A program made the position numbers and the translations under genes. A DNA stretch of 64,000 nt from Centroscyllium fabricii (lineage: Eukaryota). This document shows, one piece after another, positions 38,301-49,485 of this stretch. The notes below the pieces were generated by a model. It made no database searches. It saw only the letters and a list, made by a program, of their open reading frames with translations, and was not told the DNA's origin. The stretch lies in assembly GCA_051313645.2 (NCBI GenBank), contig JBNRSN020000025.1, positions 20,770,001 to 20,834,000 of the forward strand, in the 5' to 3' direction. Numbering within the stretch: position 1 is the first letter of the stretch; every line of letters begins with the position of its first letter.

Positions 38301-39330
38301 TTGGTGTCAGTCCCAGGCATAAAAGTGCTCAGAGTTTGGTAACAAATTAGCATTAAATTGTCAGTTTGAGTCCAAGAAGCCATAAAGGTGGGTAGTGTGG
38401 GATATAGGCAGGATGCGAATTACCAGTACAGTAGGAATATGCTTCCAGGTTAGCATTGTTGGGACAGATTAAAGGGAGTTTTATTTTGCTTCTAATTGGA
38501 CTCTGCTTGACCAGGTAGTTCTTGATTCTAAAACTGAGTGTGGTATTGCAATTTGTTACTGTATGAGCACAAAAACTCACCAAAAGATATAATTTTAAAA
38601 AATGAAAACTATTATTGGTGAGGTTTTAACTTTAAAGGATGAAACCTTGTTTGTATGCCTTGGTTTTACACAATAAAATGGTTTTGGAAAATATTGGATT
38701 GATGCCGCTAATATGACCTGCACCAATACCCTGGGAAAGAAAGTACAATTCAAGAAATCCTGAATCATTCAAATTTGATATTGAATTAATAAATGTACTT
38801 TAATAGCACAAGCATTCAATTTGAGATGTGTCAATCGCACATCATAATTGTCTGGATTAGTCACTGGATGGTTTTAGATAAAGTGAACTGATTAAACATA
38901 CTCAGTGACCACCTGAATCTAGTCCAATTTTTTCACTTCCCATCTTAGAGGCCAACTCACGTTGGTGTATCGTTCCATAGGTGCTGACCTTTCACCTGAT
39001 CGATGACCTTTCTTCGTGTCTAATACATTGACTATTGGTAACTACTCGGCCAAGTCTAATGTTACCCTAACCCGACTTCACCGTGAGCTTTTCAACAGGT
39101 AGCGATCGGGAATGAGAACCCTGGTTGATTTTCTCCCCTTTCCTTGGCAGAGAGTTTGCTTGTAGTGGCCCAAGCATCTCCTTGGCTGAGATTAGCAAGA
39201 TCAGCACAGACTGGAGATTGGACCTGAGACCCTCCTGGTCTGGGTGACTCAGTATCAGACTGGGCACTGCATTAACTTTAACCCTTGAGCAATCTTAAAC
39301 AAATCGAAGAAAAGACTTTCACTTTCAACA

Positions 39331-40261
39331 CAGGTTGAATACTTACAAGCCTTACAATCCAGCACCCTCGGGACCAGGCCGGTGCCGGACCACTGAAAAT
39401 TACGAACCACTGAAGGTTCGGGTAGAACGTGTGGGTAGAACACTCCACGGGGCCCGGAGCGCGCGGGTAGAACACTCCACGGGGCCCGGAGCGCGCGGGT
39501 AGAACACTCCACGGGGCCCGGAGCGCGCGGGTAGAACACTCCACGGGGCCCGGAGCGCGCGGGTAGAATACTCCCCGAGGCCCAGAGCGCGCGGGTAGAA
39601 TACTCCATGGGGCCCAGAGCACGCGGGTAGAATACTCCCCGGGGCCCAGAGCGCGCGGGTAGAACACTCCCCGGGGCCCGGAGCGCGCGGGTAGAACACT
39701 CCCCGAGGCCCAGAGCGTGCGGGTAGAATACTCCCCGAGGCCCAGAGCGCGCGGGTAGAATACTCCATGGGGCCCAGAGCACGCGGGTAGAACACTCCCC
39801 AGGGCCCGGAGCATGCGGGTAGAACACTCCCCGGGGCCCAGAGCGTGCGGGTAGAACACTCCCCGGGGCCCGGAGCGTGCGGGTAGAACACTCCCCGGGG
39901 CCCGGAGCGCATGGGTAGAACACTCCCCGGGGCCCGGAGCGTGCGGGTAGAACACTCCCCGGGGCCCGGAGCGTGCGGGTAGAACACTCCCCGGGGCCCG
40001 GAGCGTGCGGGTCGAACACTCCCCGTGGCCCGGAGCGCATGGGTAAAACACTCCCCAGGAGGGAGCCCGGGGATAGAACACTTACAAGCCTTAAAAAAAC
40101 AAACCCAAATGCCCGACGCCTTCAACGCTCGCCCACCCTTCGCAGGAAACGGTGGCGCCGCCGAGCGGCTGCTCCGCAAACCGAAGAGCACCAGTTTCGA
40201 TTCGTGCCGGACCACTGAAGGTGCCGGACCATTGGGTGCCGGATTACCGGTGCTCAACCTG
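39331..40261 (+). mobile_element. Tc1/mariner-type MITE family A with about 20 copies of a 32-bp internal unit
   Basis: Same arms as 11416. Unit GGGTAGAACACTCCCCGGGGCCCGGAGCGCGC is tandem from 39433 to about 40060. TA at 40262-63. Confidence 0.9.
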
Positions 40262-41126
40262 TAGTTACTTCCGATTTTGTTTGTTGGATTTCTACATTTT
40301 TAAAAAGCATTTTAAATTGCTCAATTTAAATTTTATACCCACATTTCACTCAAGAATTGGTACTTTATTTTCTTTGCAGGGGAAAAATAATTCAATTTTT
40401 TAGAAGCAAGTTATTTTTTTAACTTTTTCCCCCTTCTGTTATTTCAGACTCTAAGAAAGACTTGCATTTCTATAGCGCCTTTCACAAGCACTGGATGTCC
40501 CAGAGCACGTTGCGGCCAGTGAAGTGCTTTTTGAAGTGTAGTCACGGATGTGACTCTGTGGACAGGTGACCTACACCGAGGCCCCTGCCTATACTGCTCT
40601 GTCAATGGCACCAGGGGTGTAGGGGAACTAACTGTCTGACATTCCCATCAGTTTTCCCTTTGTCCTGTGGGAAATGTTCACGAGGAAATGTTCACTGGAA
40701 ACTCCCCCAATAATACAGTTGGGATCAGGAACTAACTATGTGAAGGAATCATTGTTCTCCACTTGCAGCATGACACCAATGAATTACTTTACATTGTTGC
40801 CAATCTTGTAGATTTTTAACTAACTTTAATTCTGGTTGAGAAACAGGATGGCATTTTTACTTCTGACACTGCCTCATCCTGTTACCTAGGCCTTTCTTTT
40901 AACCGTCATCTGAATTTTACAGCACAGCGTGTCAGGAAATGTCAAGACTATTACAAAATAGCATCATATAATCTTACAGTTTGCCCTATTTTAAAATAAA
41001 TTCAGACTTCTTTTCAAGGTTTTTCTTTTTAACAATTTGGAAAAATGATGCCGAACAAGGATGAAGTTTACCTTAAAGCTTTGCCAGGTCCTTAATCAAA
41101 AATGGATCACAGAGATTTACAGTACA

Positions 41127-41830
41127 GGGAACATACGAACATACGGATTAGGAGCAGGAGTCGGCCACTCGGCCCCTCGAGCCTGCTCCGCCGTTCAATA
41201 AGATCATGGCTGATCCGATTACTCCACATTCCCACCTACCCCCGATAACCTTTCACCCCCTTACTTATCAAGAATCTATCTAGCTCTGCCTTAAAAATAT
41301 TCAAAGACTCTGCTTCCACCGCCCTCAAAGACTCACGACCCTCTGTGAGATAATATTTCTCCGCATCTCTGTCTTAAATGGGCGACCCCTTATTTTTAAA
41401 CAGTGACCCCTAGTTCTAGATTCCCCCACAAGGGGAAACATCCTCTCCACATCCACCCCGTCCAGAACCCTCAGGATCTTGTATGTTTCAATCAAGTCAC
41501 CTCTTACTCGTCTAAACTCCAGCGGATACAAGCCCAGCCTGTCTAACCTCTCCTCATAAGACAACCCACCCATTCCGGGTATTAGTCTAATAAACCTTCT
41601 CTGAACTGCTTCCAACGCATTTACATCCTTCCTTAAATAAGGAGACCAACACTCTACACAGCACTCCAGATGTTGTCTCACCAATGCCCTGTATAACTGA
41701 AGCATAACCTCCCTACTTTTGTATTCAAATCCCCTCACAATAAACAATAACATTCAATTAGCTTTCCTCATTACTTGCTGTACCTGCATACTAACCTTTT
41801 GTGATTCATGCACTAGGACACCCAGACCCC
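41127..41830 (-). mobile_element. CR1 LINE 3' fragment
   Basis: Minus-strand ORF FEYKSREVMLQLYRALVRQHLECCVECWSPYLRKDVNALEAVQRRF… and CR1 3' UTR. A degenerate CR1 end follows to about 42160. Confidence 0.9.
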
Positions 41831-42365
41831 TCAGGGAGAGGCCATTCAGCCCATTGTGTCTGCTGGCTCATTGCTAGTGTGATCCCACTGCCACGCTCTC
41901 TCTCTTTCCTTCAAATATTTATCCAGATTTTCTTTAAAAGTAGAGGCCTCTGCCTGGACCACCCTGTGCAGGGCAGTCCATGTTCCAACCCTCTGAATAA
42001 GACATTTCTCCTAACCCCCCCCCCCCTTACTCCTTTTGTGACTAATATAAATTCATGACTCCTTGTGACTGTCTCCCCAACTCGAGGGAAATAATTGTTC
42101 CACATTCATTCCATCAAAACCCATCATAATTTAAAAACCTTTTATATCTGCTCCTGTCCTTCACTTCTTGCAGAGGCAGAAAATGGGTCAAATGACTTCA
42201 ACCTGAATGGTGTAACAAATAAGGCTCTTAATGCACACTTCACATAATCTGTGCTTTGAACTAGCCTGTACATGTGAGAGGCGCTCCGATACAGAAAGCG
42301 TGCTCTGTTTCTCAAAGCAAAATGCCTGCTAGATGTACTCGTTAATCTTTTGCATGAATCCTTTT

Positions 42366-42578
42366 TGTTACGTATAGACTTACTCACGGACCCGGACACA
42401 GGGTAACAATAAGAAGGGTGTTTATTCATGGGAGACCAGGAGGAAACTGAATACAGTGTAGTGCGGCACTATTTATACTGGGTGGCCTGAGGAGGTATTA
42501 CCGTGTTCCTCCGCCATACAGCAAATAGTGCAGCTCCATCAATACAGCAAATAGTGCAGCTCCATCACATACACTGCA
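42366..42578 (-). mobile_element. Solo LTR
   Basis: TG…CA ends with 5-bp TSD CTTTT (42361-65, 42579-83). On the minus strand TATAAATA (42477-70) precedes AATAAA (42426-21). Internal duplication of ATACAGCAAATAGTGCAGCTCCATCA. Confidence 0.65.
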
Positions 42579-43078
42579 CTTTTGCCTATCGTTCTTGTTT
42601 GGTCATATTTTCTTCTTCAACTTAAAAAAATATCCACATATCCACACTATCAGTTGTATGAAAAATAACTTATTTCGACAAACTATAATATATAAAGTCA
42701 CATTAGCTTGAATGCATATAACCACAAAATGTTTCCACTATGTTCTGTAAATAAACTTCTCGAATAAATGTGCCTGTGTTAATTACTGGCAATCCATTGT
42801 GGGTTGTCACTAGAAACTTGCAGCGGTTGCTTCATTCTTGTTAATCCATGAATCATTGCATGCCAGCCACATTGAGTGTCCTGGCCGCTAGAACCCGCCC
42901 TAAAACCTGCTGCTGGCAAATGAACAAATAGATTCAAGGCATTATTATACTGGCTGTGAGGATTGCACCTGTCTCTGGAGAATCATCTCTCTACATCAGT
43001 CTCCCCTTTTAACCATTTCTGCTGGTTGCTGGCCTCTATTACTGTCGCCCTCCACTGTGTAATGCAGCAAGCTAATCA

Positions 43079-43566
43079 GCAACAATTTACATTTATTTAG
43101 CAATTTAGTAAAACGCCCCTAAAGGGCTTCACAGGAGTTTAATAAGACACAAAGTTGAGACCGAGCCTAAGAAGGGGACATTAGGGCATGTGACCAAACG
43201 CTTGGTCAAAGAGGCAGGTTTTAAGTGTCTTGAAGGAGGATGGAGAGGCATAGAGATTTCGGGAGGCAATACCAGCGCTTAGGACCTGGACAGCTGAAGG
43301 CACGGCCGCCAGTGCTGAGGCGAAGGAAGTGGTGAGAAGTGGTGAATGGACAAGAGACCTGAATTGGAGGATCACAGAGGGTTGTATATCTGGAGGAGGT
43401 TACAGAGATAGTGAGGGTTGCGGCCACGGAGGAATTTGAACCCATGGACGAGATTTTTTTAAATCGAGGCATTTCGGACCGGGTGACGATGCAGGGCAGG
43501 GTGCTGGGTGAACGGCATTTTGGTGCGAGTTAGGATATGGGCAGCAGAGTTTTGAATGAGCTTACA
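43079..43566 (-). mobile_element. Diverged L2 3' fragment
   Basis: KLIQNSAAHILTRTK and FKTLKTCLFDQAF peptides; homologous to the 25225 copy. Confidence 0.75.
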
Positions 43567-44005
43567 TTTAATCACTATCCAATGCAAATTTGAGGAAAAA
43601 AAGCACCCGGCATTTTCAGAAACCAGTAACCTTAATACAACAGCAGATACATATTCAAATAGTGTCTGACTGGTCATTTACATTATGGACTACAGATGAT
43701 GGTGAGAACCTCAAGTCTGTTGTTAGGTGCACTCCTGTAATGTAAAGTGCATTAAAACTGTTCCCACTAATTTCATAGAATTCTGTTGGTTTACAGTTGC
43801 TTTTATTGCATTGTTTACATAGTATTTACAGCAAAGAAACAGGTCATTCGGCCCAACAGGTCCATGACGGTGCTTATCCTCCACACGAGCCTCTTACCCA
43901 CCCCTCTTCATCTAACTCCGTCAATATATCCTTCTATTCCTATCTTGTCCACATGCTTATCCAGCTTCCCCTACCACATTTATTTTTTGTATTTGATTAC
44001 ATATA

Positions 44006-44679
44006 CAGGTTGCGCACCATTAATCCGCCACGGGCGGGACCAGGCCCGTGCCGGGAAACTGAAAAATCCGGGAGAACGAAGTTGGACACTGCGCATGCGC
44101 ACCATTCAAAATGGCCACGCGCATGCGCACAACATTGGGATTGGCTGGCGCGCGCATGCGCAGATCAACCAATAATGGCCGCCGCGAAGTTTTTTGAGGG
44201 GCTCAGGCTTGTGTGGCGTTCCGTTTGCCTTTTAGGGCTGTCGGGCAGCAGTGAAAGGCCGGTCTTGCAGGGGGGCGGGGAAGGAGGGTTGTGCGGGCGC
44301 GGGTCGGGCCCAGTAGGTCCGCCTTCCCTCTCCATCGCCTTTCGGGTTGCTGCTGCCGCCGAGCCGGACTCAGGCTGACAGCTGTTGCCTAGTGACTGAC
44401 CGCCTCAGTCACGGGGCTCAGTTGTCTAGAAAATAACCGGCGGCCGTATTGAATTATCTGCGCATGCGCTGGTCGTCCGGCGATGCATGCGCAGATCATT
44501 CAAAACACCCGGCAGCCGTTTTGAATGATCTGCGCATGCGCTCGGCGCATGCGCAGATCATTCGCCGAAGCCGCGATGGTGGCTGCCATCTTGCGCATGC
44601 GCAGTGCAGTCGGGGCAATTTGTGCCGGCAGACTGAAGCTGCCGGCTTTTCGGGACATGGATTTTCAGTGCACAACCTG
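44006..44679 (+). mobile_element. Tc1/mariner-type MITE family B (GCGCATGCGC-rich)
   Basis: TIRs CAGGTTGCGCAC / GTGCACAACCTG with TA flanks (44004-05, 44680-81). Confidence 0.88.
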
Positions 44680-44911
44680 TATATATTTTCTCTCTCTTTT
44701 CAATCCACACTTTCATTTGGGCTTTTTTCTTTACTCTGCTGAAGCTGTTCACACCTATTCGGAGCCATCCTGTGTCCCTTGAATTTCTCCGAATATCTCT
44801 TACCTTCCCCCACCTTCCAGCCTGTCACTGATCTTTCCTTTGTTCTTTCAGCCCCGCCCCCCATCCTTTCCCCAGCTGTAAAATCTATCTCCCCCCCCTC
44901 CCGGCTTCTCC

Positions 44912-44948
44912 AGTTTTGAAAAAAGGTCATCGACCTGAAACGTTAACT
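44912..44948 (+). ncRNA. Minimal hammerhead motif with U3-A8 core variant (PLE family P2)
   Basis: AGUU UUGAAAA A AGGUC-auc-GACCU GAAA CG UU AACU. Stem I AGUU/AACU, 5-bp stem II, palindromic ACGU helix III. Confidence 0.6.
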
Positions 44949-45116
44949 CTGCTCCTCTCTCCACCGATGCTGCCTGGGCCTGCTGAGTTTCTCCAGCGTT
45001 TTCTGTTGTTATTCCCCTTAAATGAATCTATGTTAGTCGCCTCAACCACTCCCTGTGGTAGCAGTTTCCACATTCTAACCACTCTCTGGGTAAAGAAGTT
45101 TCTCCTGAATTCGCTA

Positions 45117-45634
45117 CAGGTTGTGCACCGAACATCTGTGTCCCGAATAGCCAGCAGCTTCAGTCTGCCAGCACAAATTGCCCCGACTGCACTGCGCATG
45201 CGCAAGATGGCTGCCGCCATTGTGGCTTCGGCGAATGATCGGCGCATGCGCCGATCATTCAAAACAGCTGCGGGTGTTTTGAATGATCTGCGCATGCGTC
45301 GCCGGACGGTTAGCGCATGCGCAGATAATTCAATACGGCCGCCGGTTATTTTCCCGACAGCTGAGACCCGTGACTGAGGCGGACAGTCACTAGGCAACAG
45401 CTGTCAGCCTGAGTCCAGCTTGGCGGCAGCAGCAACCCGAAAGGCGATGGAGAGGGAACGCGGACCCGTGCCCGATCTGCGCATGCGAGCGCCAGCCAAT
45501 CCCAATGTTGTGCGCATGCGCGTGGCCATTTTGAATGGTGCGCATGCGCAGTGTGCAACCTCGTTCTCCCGGTTTTTTCTGTTTCCCGGCACGGGCCTGG
45601 TCCCGCCCGTGGCGGATTAATGGTGCACAACCTG
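45117..45634 (-). mobile_element. MITE family B, inverted copy
   Basis: Reverse complement of 44006-44679 with an internal deletion; TA flanks at 45115-16 and 45635-36. Confidence 0.88.
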
Positions 45635-46149
45635 TATTGGATTTATTAGTGATTATCTTCTATTGATGGCCCCTAGTTCTGGTCACCCTTGCAAGTGGAA
45701 ATCTCTTCTACGTCCAGCCTATCAAACCCTTTCAGAATCTTAAAGATATCTGTCAAATCACCCATCAGTCTTCTCTTCTAGAGAAAAGAGCCTCACTCTG
45801 TTCAACCTTTCCTGATAGCTATAACCTTTCAGTCCTGGTATCATTCTAGTAAATCTTGTTTGTACTTCCTCCAGTGCTTCCATGTTCTTTTTATAATATG
45901 GAGACCCAAACTGTTCACAGTACTCCAGGTACGGTCTAACCAAGGTTCAATATATTTTAATTTGGACTCCAGGGATTCTCTGGCCCTGGTGTTTGTGCAG
46001 TGAAATCTGTTTTCCTCAGCCCAGCGACAGCATTGTAAATCAGATCCACTAGTCCGCCAGAAGGCAGATCATTGATTTAACAACATAAATGCTGAGCCCA
46101 AGGCTCTTGGCTCGCAGGCTTTTGACATCTGAATTAGACGAAGAAAATG

Positions 46150-46385
46150 AGAACATAAGAAAGAGGAGCAGGAGTAGGACATTTGACCCCTCGAGCCTGC
46201 GCCGCCATTCAATAAGATCATGGCTGATCTCTGACCTCAACTGCACTTTCCTGCACTAGCCCTCGATTCCCTCAGTGTCCAAAAATCTATCGATCTCAGC
46301 CTGGAATATGCTCGATGACTGAGCATCCACAGCCCTCTGGGGTAGAGAATTCCAACGATTCCCTACCCTCTGAGTGAAGGAATTG
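46150..46385 (-). mobile_element. CR1 3' fragment
   Basis: GAACATAAGAAAGAGGAGCAGGAGTAGG… tail and GGTAGAGAATTCCAACGATT region. Confidence 0.85.
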
Positions 46386-46392
46386 GGTCATA

Positions 46393-47162
46393 GGGGGCTA
46401 AATTCGTCAGCACACAATTTCTGGCGTTAAAATGGGCGCAACGCTAAAATTAGCGCAGAGGCGGGCGATATTGGCGTTGGCGCCGTTGTTGCAGATTTTG
46501 CCGCTAATTCACATCTTGCACGGTTTCCAGGCGGCCAATATCTTGCCGCTAATTGCCATTCCCGGGCGCAGCGCTCCCTCACTAACTGCTTGCTTCCCCA
46601 TGACCTCTGCAGCCGATTAGGTCTTAAAGGGGAAGCAGAGCAGCATCTTTTCCTCCCCGCTCTCTGATCAGCTGCTGATCGCCCGACCCCCCTCCTCGCA
46701 CTCTGATCAGCTGCCGATCTCCCTCCCCCTCCTCGCACTCTGATGAGCTGCTGATCGCGGACCTCCCTCCCCGCACTCTGATCAATTGGCCGATCGGGAC
46801 GCCTCCACCTTCCCTTAGCAACTGGCCGATCTCGGGCCGAAGAGGGAGGGTGGCCCTTTTAGCAGCGCTGCAGCGGCCACTCAAACCCGCTGCAGCGCTT
46901 GCAAAAGCTGGCGCTGATAGCGCGGGGGGCGGTGGAAAGGCGCTAAACCCAATATCGGGCGCAGCCCGCCGGGCGGGCATTGTACACGCATTGTCACGAC
47001 GATTGGTGATCGCCAAGTGGCGCTGCGCTAACGTTTAGCGCCGGCGCCAAGCACAAGGCCAATTTAGCGGCCGGCGCTAATTTTGAGACCGATTCGGCGC
47101 CGGCCCATTAGCGCCCATTTGCAGCGCTAATGGGCCGGCGCTAAGCCGACAATTTCGCGCCC
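46393..47162 (+). mobile_element. PIF/Harbinger-type MITE family C
   Basis: TIRs GGGGGCTAAATT / AATTTCGCGCCC with 3-bp TSD ATA (46390-92, 47163-65). About 4 internal repeat units. Confidence 0.88.
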
Positions 47163-47452
47163 ATAGTCTCATGATAAAGCGTCAGCCATTTAGGACTGAG
47201 ATAATATAGAAGCAGTTTATTTCTACCAGGAAGTGGGTTGATGAAGTACAAGTCCATTCATCGCCCCGCAGTGTTCTCTTCGAGAGAAAAGTGCCCCACC
47301 CGGTTCAATCTTTTCCTGATAGCTATAACCTTTCAGTTCTGGTATCATTCTAGTAAATCTTTTTTGCACTTCCTCCAGTGCTTCCATGTTCTTTTTATAA
47401 ATCAGATTCAAACTGAGCCTACAGAGATGAAGCAATAGTGTGCAAACCCACC

Positions 47453-47615
47453 GGGGTAGAAATTGGTCTTGCGCAGTTGTGCAAAGCGGTCGGCATCGCA
47501 TTGGCCACCTATTATACATTGACTTCAATAGAACTGAATATCAGGTGAGTGTACGACAGGTGGCCAGTGTGATAGCGCTTGTTTTACACGACCACCCACG
47601 ACTGATTTCTACCCC
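47453..47615. mobile_element. Small palindromic MITE related to the host of the 17-bp array
   Basis: GGGGTAGAAATTGGTC…ACTGATTTCTACCCC termini. Confidence 0.6.
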
Positions 47616-47774
47616 GTTGTCCCACTCTGTCCCCCCAGATATTGGTGCTTTGAAATAAAGCTAAGAGAAAGGATGGTTTGGAGAAAGTTTCCTCCTCCCT
47701 TCTCCCGTAACAGCATTTCTTAGTCCCTGAGTTATGAGTTGAAATGCATTATTTTTCTCGTGTTGCGTGGCTGC

Positions 47775-48092
47775 AGTTAGATCAGCCCTCAATCCTCTAT
47801 AGTCAAGGGAATGCAGGCCAGGTCTATGCAACCTGTCCTCGTAATTTAACCCGCTAAATCCCGGGATCATTCTGGTAATTCTGCGCTGCATCCCCTCCTT
47901 GGCCAATATATCCTCCCTGAGGTGTGGAGCACAGAGCTCCAGATGGGGTTTGACCAAGGCTCTATATATGAAGCATAACCTCTTCCCCTTTGTAATCCAG
48001 CTCCCTTGAAATAAAGGCCGACATTCCATTTGCCTTTTTTGATGATTTCTTTTTGTACCTGTCTAGTAGCTTTAAATGATTTGTGTACTCGG
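47775..48092 (-). mobile_element. Diverged CR1 RT fragment
   Basis: IYRALVKPHLELCAPHLREDILAKEGMQRRITRMIPG peptide. Confidence 0.8.
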
Positions 48093-48129
48093 ATTCAAGA
48101 GGAATAATTGGACCAGGGTGCACAGATAT

Positions 48130-48415
48130 TTTTCTTTACTATGCTAAAGCTGTTCACACCTATTCTGAGCCATCCTGTGTTTCTTCAATTTCTCCGCATA
48201 TCTCTGATCTCCCCCACCTTCTAGCCTGTCGCTGTTCTTTCAGCACCTCCCCCCCACCCCCCCTTTCCCCAGCCCCCACAAGCTTTAAAATCTATCTCCC
48301 CTCCTGGCTTCTCCAGTTTTGAAAAAAGGGCATCGACCTGAAACGTCAACTCTGCTCCTCTCTCCACCGATGCTGCCTGGCCTGCTGAGTTTATCCAGCG
48401 TTTTCTGTTGTTATT
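48130..48415 (+). mobile_element. PLE terminal-repeat insertion, family P2
   Basis: Homologous to 44720-45011. TSD TGCACAGATAT at 48119-29 and 48416-26. Hammerhead-like motif at 48315-48351 (UUGAAAA core). Confidence 0.8.
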
Positions 48416-48584
48416 TGCACAGATATAATTTTGTCTTCATTTTAAAGTCATACATTTTTTCCTTATTTTTATATTTCCATTATAAATTCCTTTGTCAATT
48501 TGCTTAATATATAATGGATACTGTCTATGTATCTCTCTAATCGTAGCCAGAGAATTACCTGCAACGACTTCTCTTCTTGTTACC

Positions 48585-48943
48585 TCTGGACGGTGTCCCC
48601 CAAGGATCTATCATTGGCCCCCCTCCTATTTTTCATCTAGATACTGTCCCTTGGCGACATCATCCAAAAACACAGCCTCAGTTTCCACATGTACGCTGCC
48701 GACCCCCAGCTCTACCTCACCGCCACTTCCCTCGATCCCGCCACGGTCTCTAAATGGCCAGGCTGCTTGTCCGACATCTGGATGAGCAGGAATTTTCTCC
48801 AATAAAGTATTGGAAAGACCGAAGCCATTGTTTTCGGTCCCTGTCACAAACTCCGTTCCCTAGCCACTGACTCCATCCCTCTCCCTAACATCTGTCTGAG
48901 GCTGAACCACACTGTTCGCAACCTTGGTGTCATATTTGACCCT
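48585..48943 (+). mobile_element. L2 RT fragment
   Basis: GGTGTCCCCCAAGGATCT (GVPQGS), TTCCACATGTACGCTGCCGACCCCCAGCTCTAC (FHMYAADPQLY) and CGCAACCTTGGTGTCATATTTGAC (RNLGVIFD). Confidence 0.85.
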
Positions 48944-49485
48944 GAACATAAGAACATAAGAAATAGGAGCAGGAGTAGGCCATTCGGCCCTTCGAGCCTG
49001 CTGCGCCATTCAATGAGATCATGGCTGATCATCCAAACCCAGCACCCTGTCCCTGCCTTGTCCCCATATCCCTCGATCCCTATCGAGCCTGCACGGGGAA
49101 ATGCGAGGTGATGCACTTCGGTAGGGCAAATAGGAAGAGGGAATATAGGGTCAACGGCAGGGTCCTGAGCGAAGCAGAGGAGCAAAGGGATCTGGGAGTA
49201 TATGTACACAGATCATTGAAGGCTGCCACCCAGGTGGACAAGGCAGTAAAAAAGGCCTATGGTGTATTGGCCTTCATCAACAGGGGAATAGAGTTTAAGA
49301 ACCGGGAGGTCATGCTACAGCTGTACAGGTCACTGGTGAGACCACACTTGGAGTACTGTGTGCAGTTCTGGGCACCGTACTACAGGAGGGATCATAGAAT
49401 CATAGAAGATAGGAGCAGGAGTAGGCCATTCAGCCCTTCGAGCCTGCTCCGCCATTCAATGAGATCATGGCTGATCTTTAGCAAG

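Larger units (their letters stand above)
43822..45950 (-). mobile_element. CR1 3' fragment split by a PLE fragment (about 43973-45011) and MITEs
   Basis: CR1 3' UTR at 43822-43972 resumes at 45012 (TTCCCCT repeated). RNFFTQRVVRMWKLLP and VRPYLEYCEQFGSPYYKK peptides. Confidence 0.75.

Noticed and set aside
39255-40257. 261-285 aa ORFs in three minus-strand frames
   Set aside because: Translation of the stop-free 32-bp tandem repeat; no protein domain.
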